From an archaeon (GTDB lineage: Archaea > Thermoproteota > Thermoprotei > Thermofilales > JAPDKD01): a stretch of DNA of 52,547 nucleotides. The notes below the pieces were generated by a model, which saw only the letters and a list, made by a program, of their open reading frames with translations, had not been told where the DNA came from and did no database searches. Made by a program: the position numbers and the translations under genes. Below are positions 30,124 through 39,134 of the stretch, piece by piece (the stretch's first letter is position 1; each line of letters opens with the position of its first letter). The stretch covers positions 1 through 52,547 of the forward strand of contig JAPDKD010000002.1 of NCBI GenBank assembly GCA_029258735.1, in the 5' to 3' direction.

Positions 30124-31050
30124 CTATGGCGTAGGAGTAGGAAATATCATCCTACCCAAAGCATCGCCATAAATCTCCAACAAGTTAAAGTAAACCAGCG
30201 TAATCGTAAGCATAAAAATCGTGTGAAGCAGCCCAGCCCCCACTCTGTTGGCCTTAAGCTTGCCAATAATAAGCCCGCCGAAAAACGACTGGAAAGCAGC
30301 AGTATAAAACAGTATAGCATTAATAGATGCAACATCAATTCTCAAGCCCCCGAAAGCAGATCCCATACCAGCCAAAACAGCCAACGGCTTAACAAACACA
30401 TAGATAAGTATAAACGAAATAAAAAGAAAAATAGCTATAGCCACGTACACAACAGTAAAATACGGCGAAACTTGCGTGCGCCTCTCCTCCTCATAAGCTC
30501 TAAGCATCGCGTACATCTCGGCAGCGCTGTCAAGAACATCAACAACTTTGCCGCCGCTCTGATAAGCCGTAATAAGCGTAATAACTGCCCGCTTAAAACT
30601 CACAACCCCAAGCTTATCAGCCAAGCGATGTAAAGCCTCCTCCAAAGACATGCCAAACTCAACTTTAACAATAACGTTTCTCATCTCGCTTCCCAGCGGC
30701 CCCGGAGTAATACTCGCAACGCTCTCCAAAGCTTCAATAAACGGCAGACCAGCGCGAATAGACTCGCCCAGCCCCTTAAAAAACGGCCCCAGGTTCTTAT
30801 TAATAGAGTCAATATAACGTCTATTAAAGAAGTCCACAACCGCATAAGGAAAAATACCGAGCAAAACAGAAAGAACAAGCAAAGTATTAATCCTGGTAGA
30901 CTTAATGACCGGAGAATCCAGCGTAAGCCTCTGAGAAAGAAGCTCCTCCCTATAAAAAGTAACCAAAACAAATAACGGAATAAACGCCAAAAACACGCTC
31001 AGCCCAGCGAGTAGAACCTTCTTCCGTGCAGTAAGCACTATAAACGGCAT
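30124..31050 (-). CDS. Type IV pilus platform protein (T2SS-F/TadC-like)
   Basis: ESIRAGLPFIEAL, G.SLEEAL, SGGKVVDVL, GLIIGKL. Confidence 0.9.
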   Translation of the reverse strand: MPFIVLTARKKVLLAGLSVFLAFIPLFVLVTFYREELLSQRLTLDSPVIKSTRINTLLVLSVLLGIFPYAVVDFFNRRYIDSINKNLGPFFKGLGESIRAGLPFIEALESVASITPGPLGSEMRNVIVKVEFGMSLEEALHRLADKLGVVSFKRAVITLITAYQSGGKVVDVLDSAAEMYAMLRAYEEERRTQVSPYFTVVYVAIAIFLFISFILIYVFVKPLAVLAGMGSAFGGLRIDVASINAILFYTAAFQSFFGGLIIGKLKANRVGAGLLHTIFMLTITLVYFNLLEIYGDALGRMIFPTPTP

Positions 31051-31054
31051 AGCA

Positions 31055-31921
31055 CTACACCTTCGACAACACAGAATCAATCATAATCAAAACACTAACA
31101 GCCGAAACCGGAATAACAACAAGAGTAAGGATAAATATTAGCAACAGAGGAGGAATGCCCGCAACGCTCCCACCTAGAAGAGACATCACAACCATCATAA
31201 CAATCATAATAAGAGGCGCCGCGACCATCATAGTAACGTACATCTCCCCAATAAGCGCCAAAGAGTTCGAAATGCCGCGAAGCGCGGTCATCTTATCCTC
31301 AAGCAAACGCCTAGCCATAAACATCGCATACTCCTTCAAATCCCCACTAGTAATAAACGTGTCACGAAGCCCCGTCATAAACACCTTAAAAGAAATAGAA
31401 GGACTACGCTCAGCAGCCCGCTCCAAAGCCGTAGCAGTATCAACATTAAAAAGCTCTATATCCCTAACGATAAGTCCAAACTCCCTAGCAAGATCCTTCT
31501 CACCTTCAACCCTAGCCGCCTCCCAAATAAGCCGCTCAACACCCACGCCCGCGCCCGCAAGCGACGCCATATAACCCACAGCATACGGCAACGCCGCGTC
31601 AATCCGAGCCCGCCTAGAACGCTTAAGATAAAACGGCAAATAAAGGCCAAACCCAATAACAGCAACAATGTAGATAAGCGCCAAAACAACAGACGCCGCA
31701 ACAGCCCTAACAAAAGGAAGCCGCATAAAGACTAGATGAAGAGGCAGACTAAGCACAAACACAAATGGAAACCCAAAAACAGCAGCAGCAACAAAAAACG
31801 ACAAATAAACATGGTAAGGCACCGCCAACCCACTCGACAAATAAGCCTGCTTAAAAGCTGGAAGCCGCTCAGCCCAGCGCCGAGCCAGCCCGCCAAAAAG
31901 CTTGTAAGCAACGAAGCTCAT
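31055..31921 (-). CDS. Type IV pilus platform protein (T2SS-F/TadB-like)
   Basis: IDAALPYAVGYMASLAGAG, ALERAAERSPS, SGDL. Confidence 0.9.
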   Translation of the reverse strand: MSFVAYKLFGGLARRWAERLPAFKQAYLSSGLAVPYHVYLSFFVAAAVFGFPFVFVLSLPLHLVFMRLPFVRAVAASVVLALIYIVAVIGFGLYLPFYLKRSRRARIDAALPYAVGYMASLAGAGVGVERLIWEAARVEGEKDLAREFGLIVRDIELFNVDTATALERAAERSPSISFKVFMTGLRDTFITSGDLKEYAMFMARRLLEDKMTALRGISNSLALIGEMYVTMMVAAPLIMIVMMVVMSLLGGSVAGIPPLLLIFILTLVVIPVSAVSVLIMIDSVLSKV

Positions 31922-33444
31922 AGCTCACCCATCTTAACAGCGTTATAAACACGCGTAGGATTATAGTAATACTCCCTCACAACGGCGCTAATAGCAGCGT
32001 AATCCGTCTTACCTTTCTCCGCAAGATAGCGGATAATCTCCTCCCTCCGATCAAGCTCCTCCAAAATCTCATCGTAATCCTTAAACTTCTCCTCAGCAAG
32101 CTTCTTCAACAAATAACTTTCCTCCCTAAACTCAATCTCGTCAAGAACCGGGTTATACCTGAAAACGTTCCTAAAAGTCGCAACACCTCTATCAACGTCA
32201 ACACCCGTACACTCGTTAACCTCCACAATCCGCCGAACAATCCTAGCCCCAACCTTAATCCTCTTAATAGTACAATAAACGTTCATCATAGGCAACATGA
32301 AAAGGGGCACGTTCATAGGCTCAGCCAGCAAACGCCTCATAGCGTAGTCAACGTTCTCCGCGTGCATAGTACAAAGACCAGCGTGGCCAGTAGCGATAGC
32401 CTGAAAAAGCGTAAAAGCCTCCTCGCCGCGCACCTCGCCCACAATAATGTAGTCAGGCCTCATCCTAAGCGAAGACTTCAACAAGTCAAAAAGGTCCACG
32501 TTCCTAACCCACTCCTCGTAAGACGGGCGAGTAACCAGGGGAATCCAGTTCTCATGCGGCAAATTAAGCTCAGGAGTCTCCTCAATAGTCACAATCTTAG
32601 CCTCAGGCCGAATAAACGTAGCAATCGCGTTAAGCGTAGTAGTCTTACCGCTCGCCGTAGCCCCAACAATCATCAAGCTACGGCCCTCCTCAATAAGAAG
32701 CCAAAAATACGCCGCCAACTTCGGCGAAACAGTCCCAAACTTAATAAGATTAATCACCGAATAAGGGATACGCCTAAACTTCCTAATAGTGAAGGTCCCG
32801 CCCCGCCGCGAAACCTCCTCCAAAGTAAGGTGAATACGGAACCCCTCAGGCAGGCTACCCTCAACTATCGGCTGAGCAACCGAAATCTGCTTCCTAGCCC
32901 TATACGAGAGGCGGATAAGCAGCGCCCTAAGCTCCTCCAAATCCCGAAACACAATGTTCGTAGGAATAGACTCGTACTTACTATGCCAAACAAAAACAGG
33001 TGCATCAAGCCCATCGCAGCTAATATCCTCAATAAACTCGTCCTTCATAATAACGTCAATCTTACCATAGCCCAGCAAATCCCTCTTAAGATAATAGAGA
33101 ATCTTATCCCAAGCCTCCCTCCTAACCCTAACCCTATACCTCCTAACAACCCGGCGAATCTCCTCCTCCAAAACCTTCTCCACACCCACCTCCCTAAGCT
33201 TCTCCAAGCTAACATGCGAAGACTCAAGCAAAAGCTCCCTAATCTCTTTAATCGCCTTCACATCATCCCTAGTGAGTGGAGGCTCCAAAACCCTGTACTC
33301 AAGACGCCCAAGACGCCTAACACGAACAATAGCAGCATAAGCAAACGGAGACCTAACAGGATAAAGCTCAACAAGCATCTCATCCCTAGACAACCTAGGC
33401 GAAACAGTCAACAGATTATTAACCTTCTCCCCCGACTCCGACAT
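31918..33444 (-). CDS. Type IV pilus assembly ATPase (VirB11/TadA/ArlI family)
   Basis: IEDISCDG, TIRKF, GATASGKTT, TIEETPEL, RMRPDYIIVGEVRG, TGH..TMHA. Confidence 0.95.
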   Translation of the reverse strand: MSESGEKVNNLLTVSPRLSRDEMLVELYPVRSPFAYAAIVRVRRLGRLEYRVLEPPLTRDDVKAIKEIRELLLESSHVSLEKLREVGVEKVLEEEIRRVVRRYRVRVRREAWDKILYYLKRDLLGYGKIDVIMKDEFIEDISCDGLDAPVFVWHSKYESIPTNIVFRDLEELRALLIRLSYRARKQISVAQPIVEGSLPEGFRIHLTLEEVSRRGGTFTIRKFRRIPYSVINLIKFGTVSPKLAAYFWLLIEEGRSLMIVGATASGKTTTLNAIATFIRPEAKIVTIEETPELNLPHENWIPLVTRPSYEEWVRNVDLFDLLKSSLRMRPDYIIVGEVRGEEAFTLFQAIATGHAGLCTMHAENVDYAMRRLLAEPMNVPLFMLPMMNVYCTIKRIKVGARIVRRIVEVNECTGVDVDRGVATFRNVFRYNPVLDEIEFREESYLLKKLAEEKFKDYDEILEELDRREEIIRYLAEKGKTDYAAISAVVREYYYNPTRVYNAVKMGEL

Positions 33445-33629
33445 AAACTCCCTCAAATAATAAAACAGGCAAAATAATAAAATAATTTCTCAAAAAGACG
33501 GAAAAACAAACATTGGACCTTAACCCAAAACAACAACAAAAAAAGCAGATTAAAATCCAATAATTTTATATACATCCCCCGCCACAAAATATTTGGGGGA
33601 TCAAAATAAGATCGGTAAAAAATCTAATT

Positions 33630-33893
33630 ATAAAACATAGAAAAATATTAGTTCTAACTATTCTCCTCACACTCTTCATATCATTTACAGCAACTGCACT
33701 AGCAAAACCACTATTCACTATAAAAACCCACAAAGTAACCGTACAAGCATGGACACAAGACGGCCACCTATGGATCAAAATCCAACTACCAAACGGCAAA
33801 ACCATACTAATAGACCCAGTAATAGACCCAACAGGAGCCAACGACGGCGGAGACGACGACGGAATACCATACAACGATCCGGTCGGAGATTAG
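33630..33893 (+). CDS. Small secreted protein with no canonical start codon (about 87 aa)
   Basis: Hand translation IKHRKILVLTILLTLFISFTATALA-KPLFTIK...DPTGANDGGDDDGIPYNDPVGD; frame open from 33564 without ATG/GTG/TTG. Confidence 0.6.
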   Translation: MKHRKILVLTILLTLFISFTATALAKPLFTIKTHKVTVQAWTQDGHLWIKIQLPNGKTILIDPVIDPTGANDGGDDDGIPYNDPVGD

Positions 33894-33952
33894 CTAAAAA
33901 TAAACTCACATATATAAAAAATCAATTGAAGATACAGTAATAGGGATGACTA

Positions 33953-35011
33953 ATGCTCTTTGAAAAATATTATAAAGTGCTCTCTAATGAAAAAGCATTA
34001 AAAGTAATATTCCACCTATCATACGCAAAAACGATAAGAGAATTAGCAAGATTAACAAAAATCCCACCAACTACTGTGCAAAATATATTAGCAAAATTAA
34101 CAAAAATAGGAAAAATAAAATTCGTCCCAGATTATTCTTACTTTGGTTTAATCAATCTCGCAGTAATAGTTCAATCAAACCATCCGATTCAACTAAGAAA
34201 GTCGATAATTGGCACAAAAGCTGTCAGAGAATTCAGGGGAATAGGATTTAAAGCAACAGTCATAAGAGCCCTAGTTCCTTACGTACTCAAGCAAAAATAC
34301 CTAGAAGAACTAAAAAACACAATAGATGGAGACATTATAGCCGTAGTAGAAAGCAAAGAATACATATCATGGAAACCCGACGAAGACATAATGGTATACC
34401 TAGACTTCAACAGACTAACACCAGTCATAGACAAACTATTCAAAATACTCGAACAAGAAAAAACACCCCCACAATACCGCCCCAACAACAAAACACCAGA
34501 CGAAATAGACCTAAAAATACTAGCAGGAAAACTAGCCTGGGGACCATACATAAGACCATACACAATCATAAAGAAACTCAACACACTCGAAAACAAGCCC
34601 ATGCCTCCAAAACAAACAATAAGCTACCACTACATAAACCACGTACTAAAAGGCTGGAAATACAACACATACCACATATACTACCCATCAAACAAAATAC
34701 CCTTCATGGCCCTATACCTAAAAGGACCAGAAGCACCAGCACTAGCAAGAGCACTAATGACATTCCCAGGCTCATTCTACGCATACATCGACACAGACCA
34801 AGCCTACCTATCTGTGCAGTACCCATGCCACATCCTAAACGACATCTTCAACTTAACCTCAGCAGCAAACGTCGAAGCACCACTAGGCATAATGACCATG
34901 AAACTAGCCCTAAAATCCAAGTCACCCAAACTATGGAAATTCCTACATAAAGTTGGGCGGAGGTACGAATGGAGATGGCCCGTAGAAGCAGTAATAAAGT
35001 CAAGAAACTAA
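33953..35011 (+). CDS. Putative transcription regulator with tandem HTH/Lrp-like modules
   Basis: TIRELARLTKIPPTTVQNI HTH; PDEIDLKIL...QTISYHYINHV; paralogous to 14827..15873. Confidence 0.78.
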   Translation: MLFEKYYKVLSNEKALKVIFHLSYAKTIRELARLTKIPPTTVQNILAKLTKIGKIKFVPDYSYFGLINLAVIVQSNHPIQLRKSIIGTKAVREFRGIGFKATVIRALVPYVLKQKYLEELKNTIDGDIIAVVESKEYISWKPDEDIMVYLDFNRLTPVIDKLFKILEQEKTPPQYRPNNKTPDEIDLKILAGKLAWGPYIRPYTIIKKLNTLENKPMPPKQTISYHYINHVLKGWKYNTYHIYYPSNKIPFMALYLKGPEAPALARALMTFPGSFYAYIDTDQAYLSVQYPCHILNDIFNLTSAANVEAPLGIMTMKLALKSKSPKLWKFLHKVGRRYEWRWPVEAVIKSRN

Positions 35012-35253
35012 TCTGGGACGAATTCTACAAAAAACACACATCCTTCCTAGGCACCCTAGTCTACTACGCACGCACAAACTACCACATAGACGCCGAAAAA
35101 GCCTTCCTACACGACCTACAATTATTCAAAAAAGTAGTAACAAAAATCTACGGCGAACTAGGCTGGCAACTATTCATAGAAGAAGCAATAGCCATAGCAC
35201 AAAAACTAAAAATAAACATTAAAGAACTAGAAGAATTAATAAAAACAATATAA
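34969..35253 (+). CDS. Small helical protein, DUF3227-like
   Basis: LVYY...HID.EK.FLHDLQLFKKVVTKIYGE resembles DUF3227-type proteins; start uncertain. Confidence 0.5.
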   Translation: MEMARRSSNKVKKLIWDEFYKKHTSFLGTLVYYARTNYHIDAEKAFLHDLQLFKKVVTKIYGELGWQLFIEEAIAIAQKLKINIKELEELIKTI

Positions 35254-35363
35254 CAAAAACATAACACAAACTCCTAAAAACCAACAAAAACAACCAAAAA
35301 AAGAAACCTAAATTAATAAATATAAATAAATACACCCCGCACAATAAAAACCCGGTGAAAACA

Positions 35364-35786
35364 ATGAACAAAAAAGGAGTCTCACCAGTTATCGCAACAC
35401 TTCTACTAATTATCATCGCAGTAGCAGCAGCAATACTAACCTATCTATGGATAACAGGATATTTAGGTACAGTACAGCAACAAGGAGGAACCGAAGGTTT
35501 ACAAGAAAGAATTAGAATCGAGGCTGTTTCATATAGTGGTGGAACACTTACTATATACGTTAGAAATATTGGGGATGTTTCTACAACAGTTGACGCGGCA
35601 TATATTATAGATCATACGGGTACTGTTGTTAAGTCAAATACGGGATTAAGTACCTCACTTAATGCTGGAGCTTCAGGCACGGTAACTATAGGTAGTGTAA
35701 CATTAAGTGATGGAGAAACATATGTTGTAAAAGTAGTGACTACAACTGGTGTTGAAGCTGATTACACATTTACTTACAGGACATAA
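35364..35786 (+). CDS. Archaeal type IV pilin, probable major pilin
   Basis: Class III signal peptide KKG|VSPVIATLLLI; YVRNIG; GGTGA SD before ATG 35364. Confidence 0.93.
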   Translation: MNKKGVSPVIATLLLIIIAVAAAILTYLWITGYLGTVQQQGGTEGLQERIRIEAVSYSGGTLTIYVRNIGDVSTTVDAAYIIDHTGTVVKSNTGLSTSLNAGASGTVTIGSVTLSDGETYVVKVVTTTGVEADYTFTYRT

Positions 35787-35867
35787 AAATTTTAAAATAA
35801 GTATTTTTTAAAAATTAAAAATAGTTAAGATTCGTTCATTTATATATTAAATACACATGTATAAACT

Positions 35868-35892
35868 ACTCAAAATAACGAATATTTTGAGT
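35868..35892. promoter_or_regulatory. Perfect 10-bp inverted repeat in AT-rich intergenic region
   Basis: ACTCAAAATA-acgaa-TATTTTGAGT. Confidence 0.55.
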
Positions 35893-35937
35893 TTTATTTT
35901 TTTATTTGTGCTTACAATAATTTGATTGGGCATATTT

Positions 35938-36357
35938 ATGTGGGGGGTTTCGCCGATTATTGGGGCTTTGTTGATGGTTGTTGTGGTGGTTGTTGCGTTT
36001 ACTGGTGTTTATATTTGGAGTCTTAATAGGTTTGAGCTTTATCGTTTTCATCTTGAGCGTTTGAGGAGTGATGTTCAGCGTGTGCTCGAGGAGTACGTTG
36101 TTGTTGAGTATGCTTGGATTGACGGCGACGGTGCGCTTAGGATCTACGTTAGGAATGCGGGGGAGGTTGAGCTGTGTGTGCTCGATGTTTTTGTTAATGG
36201 ATCGCTGTTTATGAGCGATGTTGGGGTGTGTATTCTTCCAGGTGATGGCGGCTGGGTCAACAGTAGCGAGGCTGTTGGGGGCGGCTATGTGGAGTTTAAA
36301 CTTGTTACTGAGAGGTTTAATGAGATTTATGGTGAGGCTTATAGGGTGGGTGGTTAG
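35938..36357 (+). CDS. Type IV pilin (minor)
   Basis: G|VSPIIGALLMV, YVRNAG, LVTERFN. Confidence 0.85.
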   Translation: MWGVSPIIGALLMVVVVVVAFTGVYIWSLNRFELYRFHLERLRSDVQRVLEEYVVVEYAWIDGDGALRIYVRNAGEVELCVLDVFVNGSLFMSDVGVCILPGDGGWVNSSEAVGGGYVEFKLVTERFNEIYGEAYRVGG

Positions 36358-36361
36358 GAGT

Positions 36362-37852
36362 ATGACCGCGTTGAGGTCTAAGCTGAAGGGGGAGTTGCTT
36401 GGAGGGAGGAGGGGGCAGGCTTCTGCGATAGGTGCGGTGTTTTTCATACTAATTTTGGGGATTGTTTTGGGCTATATGTTTAACTTTATTAATCAAGTGG
36501 AGGAGTTGAATAGAGCGGCGCTATCTACGATGCAGACGAGGTTTGAGCGGCAGAGGGAGGCTTTGCAGATTGCGCTTGTCGACTATGTCGAGACGGGTTT
36601 AGTGGATTATGATCCTGAAAGCGTGGAGATAGTTTATGGTACTAAAGTTCAGGATTCGCCTTTAACTATTGAGGCTGCGGTTAGCGGTGGTGGTGTGAGT
36701 AATGTTACGTTGATTGACGAGGATTTTGAGGAGGATGGCTGGGAGTTTGAGGTTGCCGATGACTTGGCTTGTCCTTCTTGGTGGGATACGTGCGTGTTTG
36801 ACGGAGTGTATGAGGATGTAGGGGACTGGGGGGATGTGAGTGGCTACGCAGTTGGGGCGGAAAGCGGTGTTTACATTATTAGTAAGAACAGGTTTAAGGA
36901 GAGCGCAAAGGGCTACTATCTACTCGAGTTTAGCGGTGGAAACTTTTTGTCGGTGAATTTGAGCTTGGATTATCTGTTTGAGCCGTTGGGTTTCAGCGCA
37001 CGGGGAAAGGTTACTTGGATTTTAAGCGTCTCGATTAATAGGTCTGATGATATGACGGCTGTTTGGGGTCCTGTGGAGGTTCTGAGCGTTGTTGATGATG
37101 GAAGTGTGAGTTCTTTGCATGGTTCGTGGGAGCCGAGCAGCGAGATTCCTGCGGACGTCTTTGAGGCGGGCAAGCAGTACTACCTTGTTCTTTATGTGGA
37201 GGTTCAGTATAACCTGAGGAAAAGGCCTGGAAGCGCGATTTACTATTACGCTAAGGCGTTTTTCGATAATGTGCATTTGGAAGCTACGGTTAGTGGCGGT
37301 GGGGGAGGCGGTGGCTTTGCCGCTTGGGCTGGCGCCGCGTTTAGCTTTGACGTTGGGAGCGGTGTTCCTGCGGTGCTCATGGCGGAGGTTGAGGTTGACT
37401 CCGTGCCCGTGGAAATTTCGCTTTACTACGAGGATCCAGATGTCGCAGGTGTGTGGGAGCGGGTTCAGTCTTTTACTGTTAGGACTACAGATGTTGTTTT
37501 GCTTAATGCTTCGTTGGTGGGGGAGGCTTCGGAGGCTTCGAGGTTTATGCTTGTGGCTAGTGCTGGTACTGGCTTTACTTTGACTGTATATGGGTTCTGG
37601 GTTAACTGTAGCTTTGTTGCTGAGAACTTTAATGTTACGGTTTTGAATGAGGGGGGTGAGACGGTTAAGGTTGTGTCTGTTTGGGTTGTGAATTCAACTA
37701 ATGTTTGGCGTTCGGATTTGAATGTGGTGCTGGCTCCTTTGGAGGAGGAGACTGTGCGGGTTGATTATGGGCTTGTGCGCGGGTCTAGGTATCTTGTCAG
37801 GATTGTGACTGAGAAGGGGAATATTTTCGACTATTACCTTGCTATTCCTTGA
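36362..37852 (+). CDS. Large pilin-like adhesin
   Basis: RRG|QASAIGAVFF signal; C-terminal pilin domain NEGGETVKVVSVW...IVTEKGNIF; central lectin-like insert ending FDNVHL, flanked by Gly linkers; ATG 36362 after AGGAG. Confidence 0.82.
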   Translation: MTALRSKLKGELLGGRRGQASAIGAVFFILILGIVLGYMFNFINQVEELNRAALSTMQTRFERQREALQIALVDYVETGLVDYDPESVEIVYGTKVQDSPLTIEAAVSGGGVSNVTLIDEDFEEDGWEFEVADDLACPSWWDTCVFDGVYEDVGDWGDVSGYAVGAESGVYIISKNRFKESAKGYYLLEFSGGNFLSVNLSLDYLFEPLGFSARGKVTWILSVSINRSDDMTAVWGPVEVLSVVDDGSVSSLHGSWEPSSEIPADVFEAGKQYYLVLYVEVQYNLRKRPGSAIYYYAKAFFDNVHLEATVSGGGGGGGFAAWAGAAFSFDVGSGVPAVLMAEVEVDSVPVEISLYYEDPDVAGVWERVQSFTVRTTDVVLLNASLVGEASEASRFMLVASAGTGFTLTVYGFWVNCSFVAENFNVTVLNEGGETVKVVSVWVVNSTNVWRSDLNVVLAPLEEETVRVDYGLVRGSRYLVRIVTEKGNIFDYYLAIP

Positions 37853-38801
37853 GTTTTTCTTGTACTTTTTTGGCGGTTTTTTCTATTCCCTGTATCAGGT
37901 TGTTGAAGGTTACTATGGTTGTCCTTGGGTTTTTCTGTATGCTGGGCGTTACTTCGATGCCTTGACGTACTAGCGCTATGTGGTTGTACATGTCTGCGTC
38001 GACGCTTTTTCCAAGTATTTTGAACACGTCGTCCCTGTCTACGACCATGTCTATTGTTATCTGCTTGTTTCTGCTTGTGACGAGGACGTCGGTTGAATGC
38101 GAGAGCCCGCTTTTGCCTACTATGTGCGTGTTTGCTTCTGCGCGTATTCCTCTTTTCTGCAGGGCTTCTAGCATGAGTGTTCGGAAGTTTTCTAGGAGGA
38201 GGTCTTTAACCTGTTCTTTGTTTACGATGTACCTGAAGTATTGGTGATAGTCGGCGTCTTGGTAGTCGAATTTGCGGCCGCATAGTTGGCACTCGTATGC
38301 TGGGTAGGGAGCCTCGGTCTGGAAGCCGCAGTTCTTGCAGTAGAACATCATGCCTATTACTTCGTACTCGTCTTTCTTTATGGGGTTGCCGCATTTGGGG
38401 CATATTCTTACTCCATTTTTTTCTTCTACTTCTTCTAGTATCCCGATATAGCCGCATAAGATGTGGGTGAACGCCGTTCTACGGAATATTTCGGGGCTGC
38501 CGCAGTTGGGGCACTTGAAATAGGAGATTAGCTTTACGCCTTGGCATGAGGGGCATCTTATTACGTGTTTGAAAGGTTCTTCTTTGAGTACGCCCATTTT
38601 AGCTAGCTCTTTGAGAAGAGATTCCTCGCTTACGTTATATTTCGAAGCTATGGGTAGGACGTCGGGATAGAAGAACCCTATGTCCTCGGAGTACTGCGGC
38701 TCGAGGCTTTCGATATTTTTAGATAGTAAAGTCTCGAGTAACTCAACTATGATAGATCTAATTTTCTTACTGCTGATTGCGCTTAGTTGCTGAGTCTTCA
38801 A
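37842..38801 (-). CDS. TackOD1-like multi-zinc-ribbon protein with C-terminal restriction-endonuclease-like domain
   Basis: FFYP...CPSC, CPNCGS, HILCGY, CPKC, CKNC, CQLC; GKSGLSHSTDV. Confidence 0.75.
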   Translation of the reverse strand: MKTQQLSAISSKKIRSIIVELLETLLSKNIESLEPQYSEDIGFFYPDVLPIASKYNVSEESLLKELAKMGVLKEEPFKHVIRCPSCQGVKLISYFKCPNCGSPEIFRRTAFTHILCGYIGILEEVEEKNGVRICPKCGNPIKKDEYEVIGMMFYCKNCGFQTEAPYPAYECQLCGRKFDYQDADYHQYFRYIVNKEQVKDLLLENFRTLMLEALQKRGIRAEANTHIVGKSGLSHSTDVLVTSRNKQITIDMVVDRDDVFKILGKSVDADMYNHIALVRQGIEVTPSIQKNPRTTIVTFNNLIQGIEKTAKKVQEKLKE

Positions 38802-39134
38802 AGTCTCTCCTCTATAAGCCGTTTTAGGCTCTATATTTTTCGCGAGGGAAAGTACTTATTTTTAACTTAGTAAATGACAATAAATGTGGTAAGCCTTTCT
38901 TTTTGATAGTTTCAGTTAGCTGCCTAAGGCTTAGGGGCCTGGCCGCGCTTATGTTTAATTGACCATCCCATGTTGGTAGTTTTTAGGTCTTGGCTTGACC
39001 ATCAGCATGAACGCGGGGAAACTAAGATAGATTTACACGATTATTATAAACGATATAAAAATGTCGACATCTTATCAGAAAAGCAGAAATCAACGAAAAT
39101 GCTTCAAAAGGGTATTAAACGATTAGTTATTGGC

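Noticed and set aside
29406..30134. 242-aa ORF (likewise 34369..34950 and 30223..30633)
   Set aside because: Alternative frames over clear genes; R/N/T/P-rich as expected from the A/C skew
32362..33477. 371-aa plus-strand ORF
   Set aside because: Antisense shadow of the pilus ATPase; the T-poor top strand suppresses stop codons; no recognisable motifs
35787..35925. Canonical ORB-containing oriC
   Set aside because: No ORB consensus or G-string and no cdc6/orc1 in the window; kept only as a non-canonical hypothesis
31918..37852. Archaellum operon
   Set aside because: No ArlH/F/G genes; two separate platform genes and short pilins indicate a pilus
28427..38801. Skewed region as an integrated virus or plasmid
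   Set aside because: No integrase, att repeats, tRNA target or viral hallmark genes; the skew fades gradually with no sharp borders
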